Shown here piece after piece: positions 23,101 to 25,985 of a stretch of 32,038 nt of DNA (position 1 is its first letter; the number at the start of each line of letters is the position of its first letter). Both the position numbers and the translations under genes were made by a program. The notes under the pieces are model-generated. The model did not search any database, was not told the origin of the DNA, and worked only from the letters and a program-made list of their open reading frames with translations. The stretch lies in NCBI GenBank assembly GCA_035299165.1, contig DATGXF010001204.1, positions 1-32,038 of the forward strand, written 5' to 3'. The DNA comes from Candidatus Deferrimicrobium sp. (lineage in GTDB: Bacteria; Acidobacteriota; Aminicenantia; UBA2199).

Positions 23101-25985
23101 TGTTGATTGTCGCCAACGACCAGGAAGGTGAGAAGGTGAAAAGCTGGGAAGGGGAGAAAGTGCTTTTAGAAGAAATCTCTAAACTCCCAAAAAGTTCTAC
23201 TTGCTCTCGTACTCTTTTAGCCTCTGACCTTCTGAGCCCTCGAAATATTGCCTATATCATTTACACTTCAGGTTCCACCGGGCGGCCCAAAGGCGTAATG
23301 GTAGAACATCGTAATGTGGTGCGATTGTTTTTTCACGAGGGATGTTTTTTTGAATTTACCGGGCGGGATATATGGACCATGTTTCATTCTCCATGTTTCG
23401 ATTTTTCTGTATGGGAAATGTATGGAGCGTTATTATTCGGCGGCAAGGTGATTGTGGTTTCCAAAATGATGGCCCGGCAACCGGCCAGGTACCTGGAATT
23501 ACTAAAATCAAAGGGGGTGACCGTATTGAACCAGACTCCCAGTGCTTTTTATGCCCTTGAAGCCATGGAATTGCAAAGCAGCGATAAAAAATTGCATTTA
23601 AGGTACGTGATTTTCGGCGGCGAGGTACTGCACCCGATTAAATTGGAGAAGTGGCGGGAAAGATACCCGGAAACGCGGTTAATCAATATGTTCGGCATTA
23701 CGGAAACCACGGTGCATGTTACTTACCGGGAGTTAAGTGCAGGGGACATCCGGCAGGATGTCCGTCATATCGGCCGTCCCATCCCCACCTTGAGCACTTA
23801 TGTGGTTAATAGATATCAACAATTAATGCCTGTCGGAATTGTGGGAGAGTTATGCGTCGGTGGAGGCGGGGTGGCCAGGGGATACCTGAACAGGGTAGAA
23901 TTAACCGCCGAACGTTTTGTTGAAAATTCTTTTGAACCGGGAGGGCGTCTGTACCGGTCCGGTGACCTGGCAAAAATAACCGATGGCAGCGATATGGAAT
24001 ACCTGGGCCGCAGCGATCAACAGGTACAGGTCAGGGGATTCCGCGTGGAACTGGGAGAAATTGAAAACCAACTGCTCCGGCATCCCCTGGTTAAAGAAGC
24101 ATATGTGATGGATCGTGAGGACAGTACCGGTGAGATTTATCTATGCGCTTATATCGCGGTGGACAAAGAAAAGGGGCTGGATACGGCCGAGCTGCGGCAA
24201 CACCTACACTCCAGGCTGCCGGAATACATGGTTCCTTCTTTTTTTGTAAGATTAGAAACGTTACCGGTTACTGCCAACGGTAAAGTGGATCGGCGGACAT
24301 TACCGGCCCCGGCTCCGGGAGAATCAAAGAAAAATTTTACTGCTCCACGGGATGAAATAGAGAAAAAATTAGCTGAAATATGGGCAACCGTATTAGGGCT
24401 GGATAAAAACACAATCGGCATTGACAATGACTTTTTCGAATTGGGCGGACATTCGTTAAAAGCAGGAATATTGGCAGCTTTGATACATAAAGAAATGGAT
24501 GTAAAAATACCTTTGCCGGAAATTTTTATTAATTCCCACATCAGGGACATGGCAGAATATACCCGGATGGCTGCCAAAGAGAAATATCTCTCGATAGAAC
24601 CTGCCAAAAAAAAGGATTATTATGCATTATCTTCGGCACAAAGACGATTATACATTATGCAGCATGTGGATCCTTCGATTACAGCTTATAATATAACCCA
24701 GATGTACGTGATCAAGGGACGGCTGCATATAGAAAAGTTGGTAGCTGCGTTCAGGCAGTTAATTCAACGGCATGAAAGCTTAAGAACTTCATTTATGCTT
24801 TTTGCTGGGGAACCTGTCCAAAAAATCCATGAAAACGTGGAATTCGAAATAAAATGCCATGACGATAATACTGGGGGGCGTACTATCATGGATAATTTTA
24901 TTATGCCCTTTGATTTGCATCATGCGCCGCTATTAAGAGTTGGACTGATAAAAGTGAAAGAGGAAGAGCACATTTTAATGATCGATATGCATCATATCAT
25001 TACTGATGGCGTCTCTACCAATATCCTGGTTCGTGATTTTGCGGCATGCTATGAGAACAACCCCTTACCTGGATTAAAATTGCAGTACAAGGATTTTTCC
25101 GAATGGCAGAACAGCGAGTTTGTAAAAAAAGACATGGCCAGGCAAAAAACGTACTGGGTGAATCGTTTTAGCGGCACGATCCCCCGCCTGAATTTGGACA
25201 CTGACTATGAACGGTCGGAAACTAAATCTTTTGCCGGAGAAAGTATTCATTTTGTCATCGATAAAGAACTATGTCATCAAGTGATAACGTTAACGCAAGA
25301 GACAGAAACATCAATATTTATGTTTTTATTGGCGGTTTACAATGTCTTGCTTTACCATTACAGCAAGCAGGAGGATATCCTGGTAGGAAGTCCCATCATT
25401 GGCAGGCGACATGCGGATTTACAGCATATCGTCGGTATGTTTGTCAATATGCTTGTATACCGAAATTATCCAGCCGGTCAGAAAACGTTTAGGGGCTTTT
25501 TGGAAGAAGTAAAACAAAATGCGCTGCAAGCCTATGAAAACCAGGATTACCAGTTCGAACAATTGATCGTGGATTTGAATTTACAAGGAACCGTGGGCCG
25601 TAATCCACTATTTGATGTTGTATTTTCAATGCAAAGAATAGACCTGGATATGGAAGAAAATGTACATATGAATAAGGCACACGGGGATTCTAAAGGGATC
25701 TCCCCTTTGCAAATTACCCCCTATCCGTTTAAAAGACAAACTACCCCATTTGAATTAATAATGTCAGCCTATGAAACGGATGATGCCATTATGATGAGCC
25801 TGGACTATGCGGCGCGACTTTTTAAACACTCCACGGCAGAAAAAATAATTCGCCATTACCAGGAAGTAATCAATCAAGTGGTGGCAAATATGGACATCGA
25901 ATTGCAAAATATTCGACTCTCACACCAATTCAAACCATTAATGGATGTAAATATTTTAGAGGATCAAGATGATTTTGGATTTTAA
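4377..25985 (+). CDS. NRPS subunit 2, 7,202 aa, six modules: halfC-A-T-C / A-T-C / A-T-C / A-T-E-C / A-T-C / A-T-C, ending in an acidic FGF tail
   Basis: Uninterrupted ORF with six sets of A core motifs, six GG(H/D)S(L/I) carrier motifs, six HHxxxDG condensation motifs and one E domain (EGHGRE). Stop TAA 25983-25985. Confidence 0.97.
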   Translation: MDKDISRETKIISSQRIKEKTYWLEQLSGSPEKTGFPYDQRSPGTKEYIAETLEFSFSSNQAAALLKLCNNSDIRLFIILAAGLTLLLKKYTGSSDIILAAPIYKQQIKGDYINTILLLKNSVPPRITFKELLIHTARVIKEADENKNYPIEILMEQLNIPFYENECSLFDTALLLENIHDRQYLSPIKPAVIFSFARVGTDVGGIIAYNSRLYKQTTIENIAAHMKNLFQQFLNHPDITENDIDILSEVEKRQLLIVFNDTAAQYPDKGISDLFAGQVEKTPHYTALIYENASLTYRALDSRANLMAAYFKSKGITVDNIVAVLLERSLEMITSILAILKSAGAYMPIDPEYPRERIDYMLKDSGAKLLVTVGNQEIEKLRRWEGEKNFEIVFFNSFFYSSLSTSDLPNFLTSHTFNLAYVIYTSGTTGKPKGSLITHKNVVRLLFNDRSRFDFNHRDIWAMFHSYCFDFSVWEMYGALFYGGKLVVVPRIVTRDPAQYLELLKNRGVTILNQTPTAFYNLIEEELKHLDHSLNLKYIIFGGEALNPFRLAKWHKKYPTTKLINMFGITETTVHVTYKEISDREIGLGVSNIGSPIPTLSTYIMDSYLSLMPIGAVGELCVAGDGIARGYLNRPEMTAEKFIENPYKSGEKMYRSGDLARLLNNGEMEYIGRLDQQIKIRGFRVELGEIQNRLLQHDSVKEAIVTIREDEDGEKSLYAYIVFHQPFEISKLRAFLAITLPDYMIPGYFIPLERIPLTANGKVDIKALPHAVARGSVYLSPRNTIEETLAAIWVHELNLERVGIDENYFNIGGDSIKAIRLLNTVNQSFNTDLKIVDIFTHETIEKLAQRITREKPGQSTDSQSQEVKKEIEVLKTRAMEKLPLLLAEDIEDIYPMSDIEKGMIYYTLKDPGDGAYHDQIVYQVPYRDFNPLTFTRALQLMTEKHPILRTSFQMENYEEPLQLVHKSVCIDMEHQDISSMDPALQEDFLINYLIADRKKGFVVSEAPLWRIRTFQIDSKQICILLVTHHAILDGWSVAAFSTELNNIYRHLKNNPHLTLHKLHSTYKDFIIDQLVEMRTNRVQDYWKDQLDGYQRMDFIKKNRGDTFTSARMYSFEPEQGLAVKLENCAWQYGSTVKHLCLAAYIYMLNMFSYENDITAGIVVMGRPVCEDGDKILGCFLNTIPFRLKIPDHFTWADYIREVERKQTEQANYSRTSLFEISRIIGETPQSNNPIFDTIYNFIDFHIYESVEYDEKTDAGAVNRNRQRLSISGYVKTNTLLDFHVDFTLGRFVVTINYTNSTFTGDEIKTLAYYFEQVLKTIITRPIEVISKDEIISPGEREKLLYKFNQTEADYPNSTTLQELFHKQVERTPYRVSLLGGENNTRRKQQITYNVLNEISGRLAHVLRTKGVKEDRVVGIMVERSIEFITGVFGILKAGGAYLPMDPVHPAARNRYMLQDSRAELLLTTKKTAAKIAFDRQMIYIDDLNITPGFFPDPVESSATGAGSIAYIIYTSGSTGKPKGVLIEHKAIVNRLHWMQQRYPIDGGDTLLQKTPFTFDVSVWEIFWWSLVGGRLCMLVPGGEKDPGVIIEVVQKNRVTVIHFVPSMLAVLLDFLSESGDAYKLSCLKQVITSGEALTLAHVSHFNAVLGQRYNIKLANFYGPTEATVDVTFFDCPLGEAMDIVPIGKPIDNIFLYILDKHGQLQPPGASGELCITGTGLARGYINNPGLTNEKFKTVQQWNGLNKNFSGGPGGRFFKKAPLALYKTGDLARWLPDGNIEFLGRIDRQIKIRGNRIELGEIENRLLEYPQVKEAAVEANLCAYFVPQVGADISISQLREYLQQHLPGYMVPLHYVRLEAMPLTPSGKIDRKSLPAPEIITDQSYLDPQDEIEKKLTGIWAEVLNITKPISSIANFFESGGHSLNAVALISRIHKAFDVKITLESLFKNPTIQKIAAHLKAAQPDKFLVIPAVEKKEFYPLSSAQERLYFLQQMIGAETVYNIPLVMLLHGPIDRAALERAFNRLIQRHESFRTSFHVVSGEIVQKVHDNVKFEIEILADKGQQEELNALVRPFELSKAPLLRVGLIKKTTEEYILALDMHHIIVDGVSFTVLVRDFMQLYEKNELPPMRVQYKDFVQWMRMDLQEEMIRRQETYWVKEFAGDVPVLSLPTDYLRPAIQNFEGSSLGFVIDAEIAGLLEKYALEQETTVYTVLLSLYYILLAKLASQEDIVIGIPVAGRNHADLENIIGMFVNTLALRNYPNGNKSVKRFLAEVKENLLAGLGNQDYPIEDLIEKVYTSRDTSRNPLFSTVFVMQNVDMANRPKVENPGLRISPYNYENKTAKFDLTLRIVETGKRIACEFEYCTRLFVQSTVKHFVDYFINAANALRQGIDISIADLDILPETEKQRLLYDFNETAAEYPRDKTIHGLFTEQVEQTPDLIAVVGSTVETPLQITYRQLNEQSNRLAYVLQTRGIELDTIVGIMMERSIEMVAGMIGILKSGSAYLPIDPEYPGERIKYMLKDSGVKLLVMTNHKESEKIGQWEGEKNLEIVFFDSLSFSSSLLTSYLPNFPTSHSFNLAYVIYTSGTTGQPKGSLIEHRNVVRLLFNDKFQFDFTDYDVWTLFHSLCFDFSVWEMYGALLYGGKLVIVPKMVAMDTIGFLELLNREAVTVLNQTPSAFYNLINEALSPYREGKKLYIKYVIFGGEALNTLKLRDWLAKYPQTSLINMFGITETTVHVTYKELNQKDVELSISNVGKPIPTLKVYILDKYLKQVPVGGEGEIYVGGDGVARGYLNRPELTSNKFINIHHSSFDIPRIHDPKLYRTGDLARYLSNGDMEYLGRIDQQVKIRGFRIELGEIENRLTKIAGIKEAVVIDREDEPGDKYLCAYIVSKKAVIVTEIREYLTGNLPDYMIPSHFLQIDKIPITANGKIDRKALPKPGLKLSDSYIAPQSALEKQLARLWADVLGIEDNIGSDDNFFELGGHSLRATVLIARMHKEFHVKVPLVEIFRIPRLKELAVYIKGKKKEIYNAIEPCEAKEYYALSPAQKRLYILQQLVPGNTGYNMPNVIPLAGYVEKEKLESVFKELIKRHESLRTCFIKVNDEPVQRINKEVEFSIACMKSQAPGRPDFVGTFDLSQAPLLRVKLLTVDATSQMLLIDMHHIITDGVSQGILEKEFMMLYAGETLPTLRLQYKDYSEWQNSRQQKLLIKEQETYWLELFAGDIPVLNLAIDYPRPIMQSFEGANVRFVLTANESRVLKEAAVQTGATLYMSILSVFTILLSRLSGQEDIIVGAAIAARRHADLEKIIGMFVNTLAMRNNPVREKSYREFLLDLKEQTLKAYENQEYPFEELVDNITVSRDTGRNPVFDAMFNLLNIQDYNDRIINTGTEEYQSTHQEGNAKFDLTLIGVDLGERFLFDIEYCTRLFKPETIDRFISYFKKLLDSISQDIDKKLCALDIITEEERNRVLYEWNDTRVDYPKDKTIHQLFEEQVDVTPDHIAVIGSWEREKENSGVENLSVASLHITYLQLNEQSNRLAYGLQTKRVGPDTIVAIMAERSVEMIIEILGILKAGGAYLPIDPEYPQERIDYMLKDSGAKLMKRRHARACAEEFLASSLPRFLASASSNLAYIIYTSGSTGKPKGVMVEHHSVINLIQTRAYRFKTGTPGRLLLATSICFDASVEQIFAALFFGNVCVVAAKETLLGKELLNGFLKQHAVTYLTVVPSILALISEDNNTLKGITVGGEPCPVSLARQWSKRCIFYNEYGPTETTVTVLEKKIIADEENTWCLPLGKPIPNIRIFILDAALKIVPMMVNGELFIEGAGVTRGYLNNPELTRGSFTNILRKCAEKTSIWDIVFKEERPQGRAKELGAPPHFEKTPTGMDPVKRLFNYHSPLTARHSPFVTHQSPIYKTGDLARWLPDGNIEFLGRIDQQVKIRGFRIELGEIENCLAKIVGIKEAVVIDREDETGDKYLCAYIVFTKEYEITELHRYLAKELPAHMVPAYFVPVEKIPQTTNGKIDRKSLPEPKTMSLKENIAHTVPTTAVEKKLVKIWQRVLGRDNIGIDENFFMIGGDSIKSIQIISRMNSEGYRLEMKDIFQHPVISELAPLVKKLERVPDQNAITGTILLTPIQQVFFSKDYTVPHHFNQSVMFYSRERFDADALKEVFAKIQEHHDALRMTYRFDVDDEDKENKKIIQTNHSLDYPLCFDEYDLKNQPNSLEELNIKVNQIQAGIDLEKGPLMKLGLFHLDSGDRLLVVIHHLVIDGISWRILFQDIETLYNQYRQGKTFALPHKTDSFKLWSEKLYLYANGQPFLKEKDYWGQLEANIVPGIPQDFEEKENNADDTANIRSLSFRLEEEETNLLLTRVNHAFGTEINDILLTALGLGMKKTFGQDKVLLALEGHGREEILAETGIDISRTVGWFTSIYPVSMDMSYSGDLGRQIKEIKEKLRRIPNKGVGYGILKYLTDEKNKKEIEFKLKPQISFNYLGQFDADVKQMSSFEMAKESPGNPISTKNKREYEFDINGMISYNRLVIGVSYNHTHFKAETMASLTGNLQSELRRIISYCSVQEKREFTPSDFTYKSLSIDYLNRLMQLYTDVEDIYPLTPMQEGMLFHALVDEKSHSYFEQMSYRLEGKLDIHLTEKSLNELFKRHEILRTAFIYEEVERPLQVVLSKRAIDFYYEDIRSIDDKKEKEFFVAEFKEKDKRRSFVLSKSALMRVSILQLADSEYEFIWSFHHILMDGWCIGILNSEFFEIYSSYLGNRPYRLPDLKPYRTYIQWLEKQNKEASLSYWENYLDSYEEQVSMPRTNIIKNEPGKLGEINRRVSFLLDRDKTVGLNKLAAVNNVTLNVVTQVLWGIILGKYNGKEDVVFGAVVSGRTSELDGIESMVGLFINTIPVRIQFNEHMNFNYLLQKIQQEALTGEPYHYNPLAEIQSISSLKQNLLDHIFIFENYPIAERIEGYGKEENKSGKSLSVRLLDVEIFEQTNYDFNVLLGGSDQLSIIFQYNANVYERSFVERIGQHFSLAVDQVIKNGGLEIKKLNLLTEEEKSLLLYRFNNTAVEYPKDKSIHLLFQEQAEQIPDSIALIGPLLSIEENGLTSLNTNAANMLIQQSYNELNKQSIRLAHMLQTKGVGPDTIVAIMMERSVEMIIGILGILAAGGAYLPIDPEYPQARIDYMLKDSGAKLMIGRGEERKSRRAERNFIYISFSSNHASSNLDSSLPRFHNSDSSNSAYVIYTSGSTGKPKGVMVGHRNIMNFNQGIISNIPFSPGKAILALTTISFDIFVLETFLPLLNGLKVVIANEEQQKDPSLLGETIVKHCLDMLQVTPSTLHMLISHNGELHCLQGLKELMVGGEAFPDHLFTRVKEAFKGNIYNMYGPTETTVWSALKNLTLEETVNIGTPIANTQIFIVDRCNRLLPIGASGELCIGGDGVARGYLNRPELTSEKFCRHLWVERPRRGLQHSKLYRTGDLARCLLDGNIQFLGRIDQQVKVRGFRIELGEIESRLLECEGIKEAVVVIKEGDGADKYICAYIVSHPGNVLSDMKLREELAAKLPYYMIPSYIIQLERIPLTPNGKIDRNALPAPAMGEGEAGTAPRNDMEKKLAGIWSEVLGMAKEKPGIDHNFFQIGGHSLKAVIMISRIHKVFNVIISLVDFFQRPTIRQLSEYIKKAESDRFFSIEPAEKKEYYPLSSSQKRLLFLQQLEEFNVAYNMTAVLEWHGVLNREGVESTFQRLIARHESFRTSFHTHNGQAVQQIHPQVKFEIEYNHEADIDTGTKNFIKPFDLGQAPLLKVRLSEISPGRHLLMVDMHHIISDGVSVQLAMRDFMRLYGGEDLPPLGFQYKDYSQWQNEPQQKEILKKQRGYWSEEFAGDVPVLSLPLDYPRPLLQSFDGETVHFELNTEETRGLRATAKKIQGTLYMVLLALYTVFLAKMTGQEDIVVGTPVAGRRHKDLEEIIGNFVNTLALRNRLEGGMTFKDLLDKVKVNLLQAFENQEHPYEDLIEEVGVKRDTSRNPLFDAALALHNVDMPGEISWASSGNIKIKPVSIPGKTSKFDLTLQVIEGQEKIDLEFEYCNKLFMPSTIRRFVEYFKGILKEVLPEPAIRLREISIISPQEKQQLLAAFNHTQSQYPEYQTIDRLFGEQAVRTPDAISVAYNDNTITYRELECRAGQVTDYLGNKCGLKAGELAAILANRSENTIIGMLGILKAGGAYLPIDPDYPQERIDYILQDSGAKLLIVANDQEGEKVKSWEGEKVLLEEISKLPKSSTCSRTLLASDLLSPRNIAYIIYTSGSTGRPKGVMVEHRNVVRLFFHEGCFFEFTGRDIWTMFHSPCFDFSVWEMYGALLFGGKVIVVSKMMARQPARYLELLKSKGVTVLNQTPSAFYALEAMELQSSDKKLHLRYVIFGGEVLHPIKLEKWRERYPETRLINMFGITETTVHVTYRELSAGDIRQDVRHIGRPIPTLSTYVVNRYQQLMPVGIVGELCVGGGGVARGYLNRVELTAERFVENSFEPGGRLYRSGDLAKITDGSDMEYLGRSDQQVQVRGFRVELGEIENQLLRHPLVKEAYVMDREDSTGEIYLCAYIAVDKEKGLDTAELRQHLHSRLPEYMVPSFFVRLETLPVTANGKVDRRTLPAPAPGESKKNFTAPRDEIEKKLAEIWATVLGLDKNTIGIDNDFFELGGHSLKAGILAALIHKEMDVKIPLPEIFINSHIRDMAEYTRMAAKEKYLSIEPAKKKDYYALSSAQRRLYIMQHVDPSITAYNITQMYVIKGRLHIEKLVAAFRQLIQRHESLRTSFMLFAGEPVQKIHENVEFEIKCHDDNTGGRTIMDNFIMPFDLHHAPLLRVGLIKVKEEEHILMIDMHHIITDGVSTNILVRDFAACYENNPLPGLKLQYKDFSEWQNSEFVKKDMARQKTYWVNRFSGTIPRLNLDTDYERSETKSFAGESIHFVIDKELCHQVITLTQETETSIFMFLLAVYNVLLYHYSKQEDILVGSPIIGRRHADLQHIVGMFVNMLVYRNYPAGQKTFRGFLEEVKQNALQAYENQDYQFEQLIVDLNLQGTVGRNPLFDVVFSMQRIDLDMEENVHMNKAHGDSKGISPLQITPYPFKRQTTPFELIMSAYETDDAIMMSLDYAARLFKHSTAEKIIRHYQEVINQVVANMDIELQNIRLSHQFKPLMDVNILEDQDDFGF
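5511..5542 (+). repeat. 8-nt-periodic purine array, module 1
   Basis: GAGAAGCT|GAGAAGGT|GGGAAGGT|GAGAAAAA, read as EKLRRWEGEK. Confidence 0.85.
5598..5621 (+). repeat. 8-nt tandem pyrimidine array, inverted counterpart of 5511-5542
   Basis: CTTCCTAA|CTTCCTAA|CTTCCCAT. The reverse complement contains GGGAAGTT and AGGAAGTT. Read as LPNFLTSH. Confidence 0.85.
6715..6930 (+). other. T domain, module 1 (GGDSI variant although no E domain follows)
   Basis: ENYFNIGGDSIKAIRLL. Ser codon 6819-6821. Confidence 0.9.
7041..8350 (+). other. Condensation-family domain, atypical subtype
   Basis: IEDIYPMSDIEKGMIYY (in place of LSxAQxRLY or LTPMQEGMLF), THHAILDGWS (HH 7458-7463), GCFLNTIPFR. It has no Cy DxxxxD motif, no second N-terminal HH motif and no EGHGRE. 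Confidence 0.8.
8440..9995 (+). other. A domain, module 2, predicted Ser-like
   Basis: YTSGSTGKPKG, FTFDVSVWEIFW, HFVPSML, ITSGEAL, NFYGPTEATVDV, YKTGD, KIRGNRIELGEIE, PSGKIDRKSL. Code DVWHISFVDK against Ser DVWHLSLIDK. It lacks the octamer arrays seen in other modules. Confidence 0.8.
9630..9663. repeat. GC-rich palindrome (10-bp perfect stem) inside the coding sequence, A6-A7 loop of module 2
   Basis: CCAGGGGGGC-GGTTTTTTAAAAAA-GCCCCCCTGG. The loop T6/A6 is itself self-complementary. Read in frame as GPGGRFFKKAPLA. Confidence 0.9.
10030..10250 (+). other. T domain, module 2
   Basis: NFFESGGHSLNAVAL. Ser codon 10140-10142. Confidence 0.9.
10300..11570 (+). other. Condensation domain, LCL type
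   Basis: FYPLSSAQERLYFLQ, RHESFRTSF, MHHIIVDGVS (HH 10674-10679), GMFVNTLALR. Confidence 0.9.
11985..12016 (+). repeat. 8-nt-periodic purine array, module 3
   Basis: GAGAAAAT|CGGGCAGT|GGGAAGGT|GAGAAAAA. Confidence 0.8.
12075..12098 (+). repeat. 8-nt tandem pyrimidine array, module 3
   Basis: CTTCCTAA|CTTCCCAA|CTTCCCAT, read as LPNFPTSH. Confidence 0.85.
12792..12819 (+). repeat. 7-nt tandem array in the A6-A7 loop of module 3
   Basis: ATTCATC|ATTCATC|ATTCGAT|ATTCCAC. Confidence 0.85.
12901..13045 (+). repeat. Dispersed direct repeat copy A (A8 to post-A8 region of module 3)
   Basis: 145 nt aligned by hand to 16171-16315 with 12 mismatches and no gaps (about 92 percent identity). Confidence 0.9.
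13220..13440 (+). other. T domain, module 3
   Basis: DNFFELGGHSLRATVL. Ser codon 13329-13331. Confidence 0.9.
13490..14750 (+). other. Condensation domain, LCL type
   Basis: YYALSPAQKRLYILQ, RHESLRTCF, MHHIITDGVS (HH 13857-13862), GMFVNTLAMR. Confidence 0.9.
15186..15203. repeat. Alternating pyrimidine-purine tract (YR)9, contains the 10-bp palindrome CACGCGCGTG
   Basis: CACGCGCGTGCGTGCGCG, a GC island in AT-rich coding sequence. Read as HARACA. Confidence 0.9.
15211..15242 (+). repeat. 8-nt tandem array x4, module 4
   Basis: TCCTCGCT|TCCTCGCT|TCCTCGCT|TTCTCGCT, read as the SSLPRFLAS portion of FLASSLPRFLASASS. Confidence 0.9.
16055..16103 (+). repeat. 7-nt-periodic array at the end of the module 4 insertion
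   Basis: CCACTCA|CCTCTCA|CTGCGCG|CCACTCA|CCGTTCG|TCACTCA|CCAATCA, read as HSPLTARHSPFVTHQS. Confidence 0.8.
16171..16315 (+). repeat. Dispersed direct repeat copy B (A8 to post-A8 region of module 4)
   Basis: See 12901-13045. Confidence 0.9.
16500..16720 (+). other. T domain, module 4, E-partner type
   Basis: ENFFMIGGDSIKSIQI. Ser codon 16605-16607. Confidence 0.9.
16745..18090 (+). other. Epimerization domain
   Basis: LLTPIQQVFF, IHHLVIDGISWRIL (HH 17160-17165), ALEGHGREEIL, FNYLGQF. Confidence 0.9.
18180..19500 (+). other. Condensation domain, DCL type
   Basis: VEDIYPLTPMQEGMLFH, SFHHILMDGWC (HH 18597-18602), GLFINTIPVR. It follows an E domain. Confidence 0.9.
19956..19995 (+). repeat. 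8-nt-periodic purine array, module 5
   Basis: GGAAGGGG|AGAAGAAC|GGAAGAGC|AGAAGAGC|GGAAAGAA. Confidence 0.8.
20046..20077 (+). repeat. 8-nt-periodic pyrimidine array, module 5
   Basis: TCCTCGCT|TCCTCGCT|TCCATAAT|TCCGATTC. It shares the TCCTCGCT unit with module 4. Confidence 0.8.
20761..20775. repeat. GC-rich hairpin in the A6-A7 loop of module 5
   Basis: GCCCCC-GCC-GGGGGC, read as RPRRG. Confidence 0.8.
21185..21400 (+). other. T domain, module 5
   Basis: HNFFQIGGHSLKAVIM. Ser codon 21291-21293. Confidence 0.9.
21455..22720 (+). other. Condensation domain, LCL type
   Basis: YYPLSSSQKRLLFLQ, RHESFRTSF, MHHIISDGVS (HH 21825-21830), GNFVNTLALR. Confidence 0.9.
22790..24310 (+). other. A domain, module 6, predicted Thr
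   Basis: YTSGSTGRPKG, CFDFSVWEMYGAL, NQTPSAF, IFGGEVL, NMFGITETTVHVTY, YRSGD, QVRGFRVELGEIE, ANGKVDRRTL. Code DFWNIGMVHK (Thr). Confidence 0.85.
23122..23161 (+). repeat. 8-nt-periodic purine array, module 6
   Basis: AGGAAGGT|GAGAAGGT|GAAAAGCT|GGGAAGGG|GAGAAAGT. A degenerate pyrimidine-rich counterpart lies at about 23195-23245. Confidence 0.8.
24345..24560 (+). other. T domain, module 6
   Basis: NDFFELGGHSLKAGIL. Ser codon 24453-24455. Confidence 0.9.
24615..25930 (+). other. Condensation domain, LCL type, at the subunit C-terminus
   Basis: YYALSSAQRRLYIMQ, RHESLRTSF, MHHIITDGVS (HH 24990-24995), GMFVNMLVYR. No A domain follows in this protein. Confidence 0.9.
25956..25982 (+). other. Acidic FGF-COOH tail (LEDQDDFGF*), candidate docking peptide
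   Basis: Codons tta gag gat caa gat gat ttt gga ttt then taa. It replaces the usual C-A linker after the terminal C domain. Confidence 0.7.
25959..25963 (+). promoter_or_regulatory. Shine-Dalgarno-like site for the radical SAM gene, embedded in the tail codons of NRPS-2
   Basis: GAGGA lies 5 nt upstream of ATG 25969. The start codon sits inside the gat gat of the DDFGF tail, giving a 17-nt overlap. Confidence 0.6.

Noticed and set aside
24149-24607. 152-aa minus-strand ORF. The other minus-strand ORFs of 60-122 aa were also considered, for example 3329-3688, 29248-29616, 1188-1529 and 30922-31239.
   Set aside because: All lie antisense inside continuous NRPS coding sequence. They have low-complexity translations, no recognizable motifs and no SD sites. 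They are typical shadow ORFs.
25969-25985. NRPS-2 and the radical SAM ORF as one gene split by a sequencing frameshift
   Set aside because: NRPS-2 ends with the same ...DFGF-stop tail as NRPS-1 and the rSAM protein. An SD-ATG sits in the overlap, and the rSAM N-terminus is a complete first beta-strand. A genuine overlap is more parsimonious.
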